Source: a virus
Reading direction: 5' to 3' (one strand)
DNA length: 64,000 bases
Virus record (IMG/VR): IMGVR_UViG_3300013137_000013
Location: 12,246 to 76,245 of that record
The stretch's first letter is position 1. Every line of letters begins with the position of its first letter. The notes under the pieces were generated by a model that had not been told where the DNA came from, ran no database searches, and saw nothing but the letters and a program-made list of their open reading frames with translations. A program made the translations under genes and the position numbers. This document shows positions 50,118 through 58,694 of the stretch, piece after piece.

Positions 50118-50171
50118 TATAAATTAAACAACTATTTAGTTTATCCTTTTTTAGGATTATATTTTCTTTGC

Positions 50172-50462
50172 ATGCATTCAATTCAACAAATAATAGAGAA
50201 CCAAAGTAAGTTTAAAGAAGAAATTTTTTCTTTTTTTTCTAAGGAACAGGCGGAAGCCAAGCGAGTTCTAAACAATATTAAGTCGGAAGATGAATATATT
50301 GTTAAAGAAAAGAATAAATTGAAAAACAAATTTAAAAAGATTAAACAGAGCATTTATGTAGAACGCCTGTTTTTTTTAAATTCTTCCAGAAACAAAACTT
50401 TATATGTTTGGTGGGACGAAGAAGAAAAAGATGCTAAAATTTTTAAATATGACAAAAGATAG
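50172..50462 (+). CDS. Hypothetical protein
   Basis: ORF. Confidence 0.6.
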   Translation: MHSIQQIIENQSKFKEEIFSFFSKEQAEAKRVLNNIKSEDEYIVKEKNKLKNKFKKIKQSIYVERLFFLNSSRNKTLYVWWDEEEKDAKIFKYDKR

Positions 50463-50769
50463 AAAAAACACCCAAGTTTATCTCGTTGATATTAAGTATA
50501 GACATTCCATGAACTACTTCGAAGAATGCTATGGAGAAAGTATAAATTATTCTTTCATTGAACAGGAAAGTTACATTGATTTGAAAAAAATGGTTTCTAA
50601 ATTGATTAGTGAAAAAATCAAATTCAGAAAATATGAAAGAAACAAAATGGTTTTAACGCTTAAAGTTGAAATGTTGGAAGAAGAATTAGAAAAATTGAGA
50701 TATTTAATAAAAGAGAAGAAGATGAAATTTTTTCACGATTATGAAATAAGTGACATTAGAAAACTATAA
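50449..50769 (+). CDS. Hypothetical protein
   Basis: Start set at MTKDRK. Confidence 0.6.
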   Translation: MTKDRKNTQVYLVDIKYRHSMNYFEECYGESINYSFIEQESYIDLKKMVSKLISEKIKFRKYERNKMVLTLKVEMLEEELEKLRYLIKEKKMKFFHDYEISDIRKL

Positions 50770-50781
50770 AAATATTGAATT

Positions 50782-51792
50782 ATGGGACAAGAATTAACAC
50801 CAGCTCAATTAGAGAGGTTAAAGCAACAAAGAGCCGCAAAGTTCAAATCTATGGGTTTGCCTGCAACTGCAGGACAATTGATGGACATTCCTGTGGAAAA
50901 CATACCAGAACAAAGAACTTATGAAGAACAACCACAAGTTGTTCAAGAATCAACTCAATATGAGCAAATAGACCCACGCATCAACGTAGAAATTCCAAAC
51001 CAATCAAATATTACAGAAGCAATTCAGCAACAATTGGCAGAAGAAAGAGCACAAAGACAGAGTACAATGTATACAGCACCAAGGGATAAGTTCAATGCAT
51101 TAGAAACAATTAAGCGAGGTGCAAAAAAACAAGAATTTAAAACATTCATGAAGGCAGAATCCCCCAATCAAAAATTTCAAGAATTAAAAGTTCCAAACAC
51201 AAAAAGAAAAGGTCAACCACAACAGCAATCGAAATCTTCAAACGCTGTTGCCCCTCAAGTATTTAATTCTTTAAAAAGTAGAGAGGAAGATATGTTAGCA
51301 AGCTTATTTACAGAGAATTCTGCTGGAATTAATATGAGTTCAACTGGGAGTGCTGCACCACAAGGAACACTTATTGAAACTGATGAAAACTACTCAAACA
51401 TAGGACCATATTTTGACCCAGTTGCACACTTAAAAGCAAAAGCTGCAGAAAAGGGAATTAACATTGGCTTTTCTAAGAAAAAGCAAGTTCTACAAGAAGG
51501 TCAAACGCCTCAAATTTTTCAAGCTGGAAATTCAGAACAGCTGGACAAAATGATGTTGATGATGGAAACCATGATGAAAAGTCAGCAAAAAACTTATGAC
51601 ATTGAAGCCATCAGACAAGAAATCCGTACTGTTGCGAAAAAAGTTGCAGAAGATACTATAAGAACCGTTTTAAAGGAATACTTAGAGGTTCGAAAGAAAA
51701 AACAAGCATTTGAAGTAGTTAACAAAGAACAAAACGTAGTTAAAATAGGCGAAAAATACTACCAATTAAAACCAGTAGTTCCAAAGTCTTAA
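50782..51792 (+). CDS. Hypothetical Gln-rich protein
   Basis: 336-aa ORF. Confidence 0.75.
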   Translation: MGQELTPAQLERLKQQRAAKFKSMGLPATAGQLMDIPVENIPEQRTYEEQPQVVQESTQYEQIDPRINVEIPNQSNITEAIQQQLAEERAQRQSTMYTAPRDKFNALETIKRGAKKQEFKTFMKAESPNQKFQELKVPNTKRKGQPQQQSKSSNAVAPQVFNSLKSREEDMLASLFTENSAGINMSSTGSAAPQGTLIETDENYSNIGPYFDPVAHLKAKAAEKGINIGFSKKKQVLQEGQTPQIFQAGNSEQLDKMMLMMETMMKSQQKTYDIEAIRQEIRTVAKKVAEDTIRTVLKEYLEVRKKKQAFEVVNKEQNVVKIGEKYYQLKPVVPKS

Positions 51793-51905
51793 CGTTGTGA
51801 ACGCTCCCCTTCACGCCAAAGGCGATGAATGGGCTTCTACACTGCAAGCACAACCTAATGGTTCACTTTGTGCAACGCTGGGCTTGTTCCTAAGCCCGAA
51901 TCTTT
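51781..51905 (-). ncRNA. Putative TnpB omega-RNA (scaffold plus about 16-nt guide AACGTTAAGACTTTGG)
   Basis: Stems GGGCTT/AAGCCC and GCACAA/TTGTGC; loop GTGAAC is complementary to the terminal GTTCAC (pseudoknot); RE hairpin present. Confidence 0.7.
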
Positions 51906-51955
51906 TTCATCCCATCCGCACTTCGTGACGAATGGGTTTTCTTGGCGAAAACTTT
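51797..51955 (-). mobile_element. 159-bp non-autonomous IS200/IS605 derivative (left end plus omega-RNA/right end, tnpB deleted)
   Basis: First 50 nt are identical to 63811-63860. TTTAT lies immediately 5'. A right-end hairpin is followed by TTCAC. Removing the element restores the flanking gene's stop codon. Confidence 0.85.
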
Positions 51956-52439
51956 ATAAATCGTCAATTGTAAAGTTGTTCGTAAAGATGACTTTTAAAG
52001 TAGGCGTAAATTTTGCTTCCCCAGCGTACCATTCTTTTAAGAATTGTTCTGGGGTTGTTTTTAATGCTACAATCGCTCTCTGCAAAATGGCTCCATGTAT
52101 TTGATTCCCTCTATTTAACCTAATAATGTTGTTTTGGTCAAACGTTGAATTAACAAAAATCACCCATTTTTTCTTTATTGCAACTTCTATGTGCTGTGTA
52201 GTATGGCACATTTTACACAAAGTAACACCCTGTGATAATTCTGGATGTTTTTTGTTTATTTCAGTTGTGGGTATGTGTAAATAAAGCTTATTACGCTCTG
52301 AGGGTTGGTGACCACAAGCAACACATCTACAACCATCTCTTACATAAGCATCATCTGCAAGTTTATCAAATAGTTCTTGTCCATAACTTTTGATAAATTG
52401 TTTTTCTTGAAAATTATTGGAAACTAATAGATTATACAT
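51954..52439 (-). CDS. HNH-fold Zn-binding protein (DotN/IcmJ-like appearance)
   Basis: RDGCRCVACG...LH...TLCKMCH..QH; TATATTTG at 52461-52468 on the minus strand; start set at the ATG. Confidence 0.6.
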   Translation of the reverse strand: MYNLLVSNNFQEKQFIKSYGQELFDKLADDAYVRDGCRCVACGHQPSERNKLYLHIPTTEINKKHPELSQGVTLCKMCHTTQHIEVAIKKKWVIFVNSTFDQNNIIRLNRGNQIHGAILQRAIVALKTTPEQFLKEWYAGEAKFTPTLKVIFTNNFTIDDL

Positions 52440-52562
52440 TTTTGAAATTCTTTTATGTGGCAAATATATGAATTTTTAATCAATTTTAAAAGTGTCCCCA
52501 TAGATTTTTATATGTTTTTCGAAAAAAAGTTGTGGGTTTTTTGATTTTTATGTTTTATTATC

Positions 52563-52570
52563 TATTTATA
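52563..52570 (+). promoter_or_regulatory. Putative late promoter TATTTATA
   Basis: Upstream of 52587. Confidence 0.7.
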
Positions 52571-52586
52571 TAAAAATTGTATCAAT

Positions 52587-53309
52587 ATGAACACTATTAA
52601 ATTCAAAACAAAAGACGAATTTGCAAAATATGTACAAGAAGCAGCTCGTAAAATTATCAACGAAGAAAAGATAAAAAGTCTTGGAATTCCAACTGATTTA
52701 GAAATGAACAAAATGGATGGTTCTAAGGATTCTACTGGTGCACAGGTTACAACCCAGGGGAAAGTAAAGAAAGATGCTCCAACTGATATTCCTGAAGAAT
52801 TTACAGCAACCAAAGACCCAGTTGATGTTAAGATGAGCGAAAGAGACGGCGGTCATGACGAAAAAATTGCCACAGCTGCTAAAATTGAGGGGTCAAACTC
52901 AGAAAAAGGTGAAACAGAAACTAATCCTTTTATCAAAGGGCAAGCAAAACCCAAAGTTGAAAGCAAAACCGACCAACCAAACGTTACAACAGATAATGAC
53001 CCAACCAAAGAAGGTGGCGTTCCTGGCAAGAAAGATAACAATGTCGAAATGAACCAAGAAGATAAAGAAGATAAAATTGAAAAACCAATGACCCAAGTTC
53101 TTGGGAAAGGTGAAATGGGAAAAGACGGATTTTCAAAAGGTCAAACCGATAAAGAAGTGAACGTAGAAGCTAAGAATGAAAAAGATGAATACGAACAAAA
53201 ATTAAGAGATTCAATAAAAACCATTCAACTTCCAGAAAGCTTCAAAAACAAAGCCGCTTTGTTAGAGTTCATTAAAAAAGAAGCTCTTAGGGTTTCAAAA
53301 ATTATCTAA
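52587..53309 (+). CDS. Late disordered Lys/Glu/Asp-rich protein (prohead core / internal protein-like)
   Basis: KIINEE and LPES; internal repeats V.M(S/N)..D...DEK and F.KGQ. Confidence 0.6.
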   Translation: MNTIKFKTKDEFAKYVQEAARKIINEEKIKSLGIPTDLEMNKMDGSKDSTGAQVTTQGKVKKDAPTDIPEEFTATKDPVDVKMSERDGGHDEKIATAAKIEGSNSEKGETETNPFIKGQAKPKVESKTDQPNVTTDNDPTKEGGVPGKKDNNVEMNQEDKEDKIEKPMTQVLGKGEMGKDGFSKGQTDKEVNVEAKNEKDEYEQKLRDSIKTIQLPESFKNKAALLEFIKKEALRVSKII

Positions 53310-53330
53310 ACAATAGTTGCAATATATTTT

Positions 53331-53364
53331 AAAAGAGTCAGGATTTATCTTGACTCTTTTTTTT
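53331..53364 (+). terminator. Rho-independent terminator
   Basis: AAAAGAGTCAGGA...TCTTGACTCTTTTTTTT. Confidence 0.8.
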
Positions 53365-53394
53365 GTTTTTGCTATATTTAAACTAAAAAAATTT

Positions 53395-55446
53395 ATGCAA
53401 GTTTTAGATATAGAAGAAATCAAAAAAGAATATTCCTTCTTATACGAGGATAAAGAAAATGATAAGGAAATTTATTTTTGCAATTGTGGTGCCATAACGG
53501 AGTCTGATAAAAAATTCATTAAAGATGTTCCCAAACATGAACAAATAAACTGTTTGTTCCCAGAAAAATCCCCTACTGTTGGAGATATACTTAAAGAGTC
53601 AAACAAAACAGAAGACGGCTTAACTAAATATGAAGATGAATTTGCCGACTTATTTAAAAGCATAAGGTTGTCCCAGGATGATGAATCTGGAGTTAAATGC
53701 GTTAGTTGCGGGAAAAACTTTGCAACTCTGGAAAATCAAAAAAAATTAATGGTAGATAATTCTTTTTTTGTATCTGGATATAACATTTTAGAGAATGATA
53801 ATGAACTGTTTTTGTATTATGGTAAAATAAGACCAGACATTAAGAAAGAAGATTCTAAATATTCTATTGATTTTGAACAAAAATACAAATATCTCAAATT
53901 AGATAAAATAACTAAGAAAACATATTTTAAAGACATTGACGTTGACGAAATAGAGTTTGATTTAGATAAAACAATTAAAGTTACAGAAAATATTTTTGCC
54001 GAAGAAGTGCAAAATATTTATAATTTGTATTATATTCAGCTATACATAAACCAACTTGCAAAGCACGTTGTAGACGTAAACAATACAAATGTTGTCGAGG
54101 AACTTCTAAGTGAAGTTAGAAACAGAATTAATCATGCAGGTCTGGATTCCATTAAAAAGGTTGTTTCCATATTTCTTGGAATTATAAAATATTCCAATCT
54201 ATCTACAATATCGCTTACAAAAGGATGTAAATTTCTTTATGATTTAATGAAGGAATGCGACATCCCCGACAGTGAAACACTAATGAAAAGCGGGCTTACA
54301 TCTCCAATTCCAATTTTCAACTATCTTGTTAACAATTATATTAGAAAAATAAACGAAGAGGTAAATGAAGATAATAAAGAAATTCATGAATTTTTGTTTA
54401 AATCTAATCAAATGGTAAAAATGGAAATTAATGAAAAAGACAAGCTACAAGAAGCCAAAAGCTTTGAAGTCGTTGATTTAGACGAAGAGAAAGAAATAAA
54501 AATTGTTTACAAAGAAAACAAGGATTATAAAGAAGGTAAAATCTCTCACAACTTCAATGCAAACAAATTCCAGGTTATGGAAATATCAAATGATGCCAAC
54601 GCTTCAAAATTTATATTTAAGAACATTAAAAAATTCTCTGATTATAAACAATTATTAAAATATTTTAAATTTTATGATAAACATCAGATTATAGCATTAT
54701 TGCAAAAATATGATATGGAATTACTTACAAAAGTAATTGATTTAATATATTTTAGGGACTTTGTAGATATTAAAGAATTCGAAAGAATAATAACAATCAT
54801 AAAAGATTTCGCAACTCAAGAAACTTTTAGATATAAACCAACGCTTAATATTGAAAAAATTGTTGTAGATTATTCATATGTAAGTAAGTTTGAGTTTGTG
54901 CTTTATGATGATAGTGTAATGATGATGGAGGTTTTAAAATTTGACCCCAAAAGAGAGTTTAATAAAATTAAGACATTCAAAGATTTAAGAGATTACCATG
55001 ATAATCTTGTTAAGTATTTTAATGTTGTAGCCGATAAAGAAAAAAATGCCAAATTTAAAGAATTTGTAGACAGATTTAAGTTCTTAGAAAGCAGGGAAGA
55101 CTATGATGGACCGCTGGAATTTAAAATTATATCTACACCAGCCATGCTTATAACCGAAGGCGTTCAAATGAAACACAGCGCATCTTCCTATTCAAAGAAA
55201 GTAATTACAGAATCATATCTTATTGGCCAGGTGTTCGACAGAACCCCCAACCTACCAGAGGAAGAATTGGTAAGATTTACAATAGGTTTTACATTCGACA
55301 GCATAAATGGTTTAGAGTTCCACCAGGTAAAAGGATTTGCCAACAAGCCAGGTACAGATAGGTTTAAAAAGCTATTAATGGAATTTCTAACAACTAAAGA
55401 TATATCCTATAGACCAATAAAAGATTTAAAACTGGCGAATGAATAA
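53395..55446 (+). CDS. PcfJ-like domain protein with N-terminal Zn-finger motifs
   Basis: CNCG and CVSCG; YDD...L.DYHD.L; LITEGVQMKHS..SY; QVKGFAN. Confidence 0.65.
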   Translation: MQVLDIEEIKKEYSFLYEDKENDKEIYFCNCGAITESDKKFIKDVPKHEQINCLFPEKSPTVGDILKESNKTEDGLTKYEDEFADLFKSIRLSQDDESGVKCVSCGKNFATLENQKKLMVDNSFFVSGYNILENDNELFLYYGKIRPDIKKEDSKYSIDFEQKYKYLKLDKITKKTYFKDIDVDEIEFDLDKTIKVTENIFAEEVQNIYNLYYIQLYINQLAKHVVDVNNTNVVEELLSEVRNRINHAGLDSIKKVVSIFLGIIKYSNLSTISLTKGCKFLYDLMKECDIPDSETLMKSGLTSPIPIFNYLVNNYIRKINEEVNEDNKEIHEFLFKSNQMVKMEINEKDKLQEAKSFEVVDLDEEKEIKIVYKENKDYKEGKISHNFNANKFQVMEISNDANASKFIFKNIKKFSDYKQLLKYFKFYDKHQIIALLQKYDMELLTKVIDLIYFRDFVDIKEFERIITIIKDFATQETFRYKPTLNIEKIVVDYSYVSKFEFVLYDDSVMMMEVLKFDPKREFNKIKTFKDLRDYHDNLVKYFNVVADKEKNAKFKEFVDRFKFLESREDYDGPLEFKIISTPAMLITEGVQMKHSASSYSKKVITESYLIGQVFDRTPNLPEEELVRFTIGFTFDSINGLEFHQVKGFANKPGTDRFKKLLMEFLTTKDISYRPIKDLKLANE

Positions 55447-55538
55447 TTATTATATTTAACGCAGTAGTAATTACTATCTTCTTACTTATTTAATACGAGA
55501 AAAAAGAATTTTATGCTATTTATTATAAAACATTTGTA

Positions 55539-56015
55539 ATGAAAAATAGCATAAAAAATTTTTTATTAGAATCTGAAAGTGATAAAGATGATAACTTTGC
55601 TTATCTCAAGGGAGATACTATTGCAAAAGTCAATGACGTAGACTTCGACAGCAAAGAAAATTACATTAAAATCAGATTTTCAACTACCTATAAAAAGAAA
55701 TATTCCTTTGTTGCCAAACTAACTGATTTTAAAAAGTGGTTACAGGGCAAATTGCAAGGAAAATCTCCAAATTTATTTCATGATTATCTCGTAGACTTCT
55801 TTAATTCTTCGAAAGAAGTAAAAGTTAAACAGATAGATGAAATTATAGACGACACCAATGAAATAATGCCAGACGAAGACATCCCAACAAATGCAACAAA
55901 CAAAATGGTTGGCGATTCTCACACAATGGATTTGGAAAAAATATTTAAAAAATCAATGCCAAAATCAGTCAGAAACTATTCTGGCAATTTGGGATTAGGA
56001 ACAGTAGTTTGGTAA
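55539..56015 (+). CDS. Hypothetical late protein
   Basis: TATTTATT at 55517-55524; LLESE and IDEII motifs. Confidence 0.7.
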   Translation: MKNSIKNFLLESESDKDDNFAYLKGDTIAKVNDVDFDSKENYIKIRFSTTYKKKYSFVAKLTDFKKWLQGKLQGKSPNLFHDYLVDFFNSSKEVKVKQIDEIIDDTNEIMPDEDIPTNATNKMVGDSHTMDLEKIFKKSMPKSVRNYSGNLGLGTVVW

Positions 56016-56033
56016 TATATAAATCTCAATACA

Positions 56034-56495
56034 ATGGAAAAAATTAAAGATAAAAGAATGTTAGAACTTATGAAATCTTTGGAAGAATCTCATGAAGTTT
56101 ATAAGGATAACACAAAAGAAGTTGATGAAAACAAAATTTTAACTGAAAACGAAAGGCTAAAAAAACTTATTTCAAAAGATACTAATGCCGACTTTAAAAA
56201 CGAAAACTATTATATAGCTGGCAAATTTGGCACAGGGGGAAGAGGTAGGACTGTAAACTCAATTTTGGATGATTATAAAGATAATCCAACTACACAAACC
56301 CCAAAGGTTTCGCCTTCAAATTTAAAACCAGATGAAGCTCTTGAAGTTTGTATTAAAAGAGTTTTAAAATCAGGGATGCCTGTTAATAACATTTCTTTTT
56401 ATGATGAAATTAATTGGAACTTGATGAATCTTGGATTCCCAGCAGTTAAAGAAATTGATATAAAAAACGCCATCTCGTTAATGATTGGTGAATAA
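56034..56495 (+). CDS. Hypothetical late protein
   Basis: LEES and LTENERLKKLI motifs. Confidence 0.7.
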   Translation: MEKIKDKRMLELMKSLEESHEVYKDNTKEVDENKILTENERLKKLISKDTNADFKNENYYIAGKFGTGGRGRTVNSILDDYKDNPTTQTPKVSPSNLKPDEALEVCIKRVLKSGMPVNNISFYDEINWNLMNLGFPAVKEIDIKNAISLMIGE

Positions 56496-57058
56496 TGAAA
56501 GAGTTTCTTAGAAAAACAATAAGAGAACAAATAGATTTGCTATTTGAATCGTTTGAGATGCAAAACGAGAAGAAGGGGTATTTGCCTACCACTGAAGTTG
56601 CAAAAACGGCTCAAATGGCATTAGAAGCCATAAGTTTGGCTAAACAAAAAGGAGTTGAACCCACCAGTTTAGATGAAACTGGAAACCAAGGTAGCGGCAG
56701 ATTTAAGGCCAAACAACTTTCCCAAAGAAAAAAACAAAGCTTTGTTGAAATGAAAAGATTAAAAGCTTTTTTTGAATCCAACACAGGGAAAGTGGAAGAA
56801 GAAAGAAAAATGCTCGGAATAATTCAACAAAGAAGAGGTACCATTGATGAAATGTCAAAATCTAACATTCTACTTGTATGGAACTTACATGGCGGAGACC
56901 CCTGCCAAAAATGGGTAACATCTAAACTATCAGATACACACTCCCAAGGAATGCATAAAAAAGAAAGATTGCGTAAGGCTGGGGGAGCTTATAAAAATAA
57001 CGGTATGGGCGTTTTTAGAACTCAATATAACCCATCACAACAAAGAATTCATAGATAA
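56495..57058 (+). CDS. Hypothetical virion-associated protein
   Basis: LRKTIREQ leader; A.QL......MKRLKAFF...WNLHGGD...W. Confidence 0.65.
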   Translation: MKEFLRKTIREQIDLLFESFEMQNEKKGYLPTTEVAKTAQMALEAISLAKQKGVEPTSLDETGNQGSGRFKAKQLSQRKKQSFVEMKRLKAFFESNTGKVEEERKMLGIIQQRRGTIDEMSKSNILLVWNLHGGDPCQKWVTSKLSDTHSQGMHKKERLRKAGGAYKNNGMGVFRTQYNPSQQRIHR

Positions 57059-57059
57059 T

Positions 57060-57090
57060 TTTGTTTTCTGGCTTTTTTTTCTTATCTTTG
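57060..57090 (+). promoter_or_regulatory. Bacteroidota-type promoter TTTG-N19-TATCTTTG
   Basis: Canonical spacing upstream of 57118. Confidence 0.7.
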
Positions 57091-57117
57091 AATGTTAATT
57101 TTTAAAAATTTATAATC

Positions 57118-57693
57118 ATGGCAGAAAAAAATTATTCAGCACTACAGGGTATTGGAACCCCTGAAATCGTGGTGGAAGTAAGAGAAAAAGATGCTGTTTT
57201 CGCTGGTGGAAGCAAGTATTTAGAAGCAGATGATGAACTGCGCCCAATTGCTGATTGGATAAAATCTAATGTTCCACACAATGCGGACATTAAACCCGAC
57301 AGAATTAAGTATCTCTACACCACACTTGTTAAGAAAGATGGCGGAAAATTTGTTCTGGGAACTCTTTCTTTGCGTAGCGAACTTGAAAAAACAGTGAACG
57401 ATGACTACGACTACATTCTTTTTGTTCACTATAAAACATGGAAAGAACTGAATATTGAGAATAAAGTTATTCAGTTGGACAAAATTCTTTGCGGAGTTGA
57501 TATTGATGCTGAAAACAATACCAAAAAAATGTCCGTAGACAGCAAAGAATATATCAGCAATTTAAGACATTATGGACCAGAAGTGGTTTTGAATAGCACT
57601 GAAATAGTTGATATGACTGTTGACAGAATAATTGGCCAAGAAAAAGAAGAAAGAAAAGAGGCCAAAGAAAGTCGTAAGAAAAGAAAAGAATAA
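57118..57693 (+). CDS. Phage metallopeptidase-like fold lacking HExxH
   Basis: IKYL...G.FVLG...YDYILFV....W..L..E.K.IQLDKILC, where HELxH would be expected. Confidence 0.5.
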   Translation: MAEKNYSALQGIGTPEIVVEVREKDAVFAGGSKYLEADDELRPIADWIKSNVPHNADIKPDRIKYLYTTLVKKDGGKFVLGTLSLRSELEKTVNDDYDYILFVHYKTWKELNIENKVIQLDKILCGVDIDAENNTKKMSVDSKEYISNLRHYGPEVVLNSTEIVDMTVDRIIGQEKEERKEAKESRKKRKE

Positions 57694-57704
57694 GGCAAAG
57701 AATA

Positions 57705-57974
57705 ATGGAACTCGTTAAATCAAAAATGTTATTGGCGGCTTTATCTCAATGCGTAGCAGACAGAGATAGTGCTGCTGCTAACATTGCATCAATATTAAAT
57801 GAGGGATGTGTCAGAGAATCTGACAATATTCAAAATCTTAAAAAAGAATTTGAAAAAATTGCTCATTTAGAGTTAGCCATGGAGGCAATTCAGGTTTATT
57901 ATGCAAACCATTGCCCGCTTCCAAGTCAAGAACCAGAAAAAAAAGAGAACAATGTTGATGATAATAATCCTTAA
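57705..57974 (+). CDS. Hypothetical protein
   Basis: ORF in operon. Confidence 0.7.
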   Translation: MELVKSKMLLAALSQCVADRDSAAANIASILNEGCVRESDNIQNLKKEFEKIAHLELAMEAIQVYYANHCPLPSQEPEKKENNVDDNNP

Positions 57975-58191
57975 GGTTATATTGGTGCTTTTTATCTTAC
58001 TGGGAGCATATATAATGAAAATGCTCTACAAAGATTTTAAGTTAATCGAAAAGACCGAAGAATACGAAAATAGTACACTTGCAGACAAAATTAAATTGAA
58101 AGCTGTGTTATATTTTTCATTAGTTGGAATATGTACATTTTGCTTACTTCTTTTGTATTTCGTTATTGTTCCAATGCAAATTATATGGTAA
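57952..58191 (+). CDS. Small two-TM membrane protein
   Basis: Two hydrophobic helices; start 57952 or 57958. Confidence 0.65.
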   Translation: MLMIIILKVILVLFILLGAYIMKMLYKDFKLIEKTEEYENSTLADKIKLKAVLYFSLVGICTFCLLLLYFVIVPMQIIW

Positions 58192-58197
58192 TTTTTT

Positions 58198-58276
58198 GGA
58201 GGTGGCTCCCTTAATAGCTACGGCTGACCGAAGGCATCTGATAGAGTACAAACTATCTATACAGGGGGCGAAACCA
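58198..58276. ncRNA. Unclassified structured RNA/DNA element candidate
   Basis: GC-rich island in an AT-rich spacer. GCTCCCT/AGGGGGC closes two hairpins, CGG-CTGA-CCG and GATAG-N8-CTATC. Confidence 0.35.
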
Positions 58277-58294
58277 AATTTTACTTTCTTCTAA

Positions 58295-58302
58295 TATTTA
58301 TA
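58295..58302 (+). promoter_or_regulatory. Putative late promoter TATTTATA
   Basis: 3 nt upstream of ATG 58306. Confidence 0.5.
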
Positions 58303-58305
58303 TAC

Positions 58306-58611
58306 ATGAAGGAATTTTTCAATAAAAAATGGAAGCACTCAAGGCTTAGATTCTATATTTTAAACGCAATGTGGAATTATAAGTTTTGGTTGTTTTGCAA
58401 AAAAATGTATAAAAATGTAAACTATCAAATTGAAGACGGTGATTATGATATGAATTTCGATTATACTCTAAAAAGGGGCAAAAAAAACGTTTCCAAAAGA
58501 AGATTCGTAGGTTATTTTTTTAATAACAATATATATTTGGATAATCCAGGATTGAAAATAGAGGATAGAGAGACCTGGGAGGTATGGAAAAAGAAGAAAT
58601 TAATTAAATAA
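58306..58611 (+). CDS. Hypothetical basic, aromatic-rich protein
   Basis: ORF followed by a terminator. Confidence 0.65.
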   Translation: MKEFFNKKWKHSRLRFYILNAMWNYKFWLFCKKMYKNVNYQIEDGDYDMNFDYTLKRGKKNVSKRRFVGYFFNNNIYLDNPGLKIEDRETWEVWKKKKLIK

Positions 58612-58634
58612 GGCTGTGGCAACACAGCTTTTTT
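58611..58634 (+). terminator. Rho-independent terminator
   Basis: AGGCTGTG-GCAA-CACAGCTT plus U-tract. Confidence 0.7.
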
Positions 58635-58668
58635 ATTTTAAAATAAACGCAAAAAGCTTTTTTTTTAA

Positions 58669-58676
58669 TATTTATA
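58669..58676 (+). promoter_or_regulatory. Putative late promoter TATTTATA
   Basis: Upstream of 58695. Confidence 0.7.
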
Positions 58677-58694
58677 AAAAAATCTTTTTAGCAA

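Noticed and set aside
51868-52104. ORF sharing SSHPHFVTNGFSWRKLYK with the N-terminal extension of ORF 63527-63955
   Set aside because: The shared peptide is only the antisense translation of the IS left end; it is not a protein repeat.
55465-55476. Palindrome TAGTAATTACTA in an intergenic spacer
   Set aside because: A single AT-rich occurrence; cannot be distinguished from chance.
58198-58276. tRNA, tmRNA, TPP riboswitch, twister or hammerhead ribozyme
   Set aside because: It lacks the T-loop and cloverleaf and the conserved cores of these classes; kept only as an unclassified candidate.
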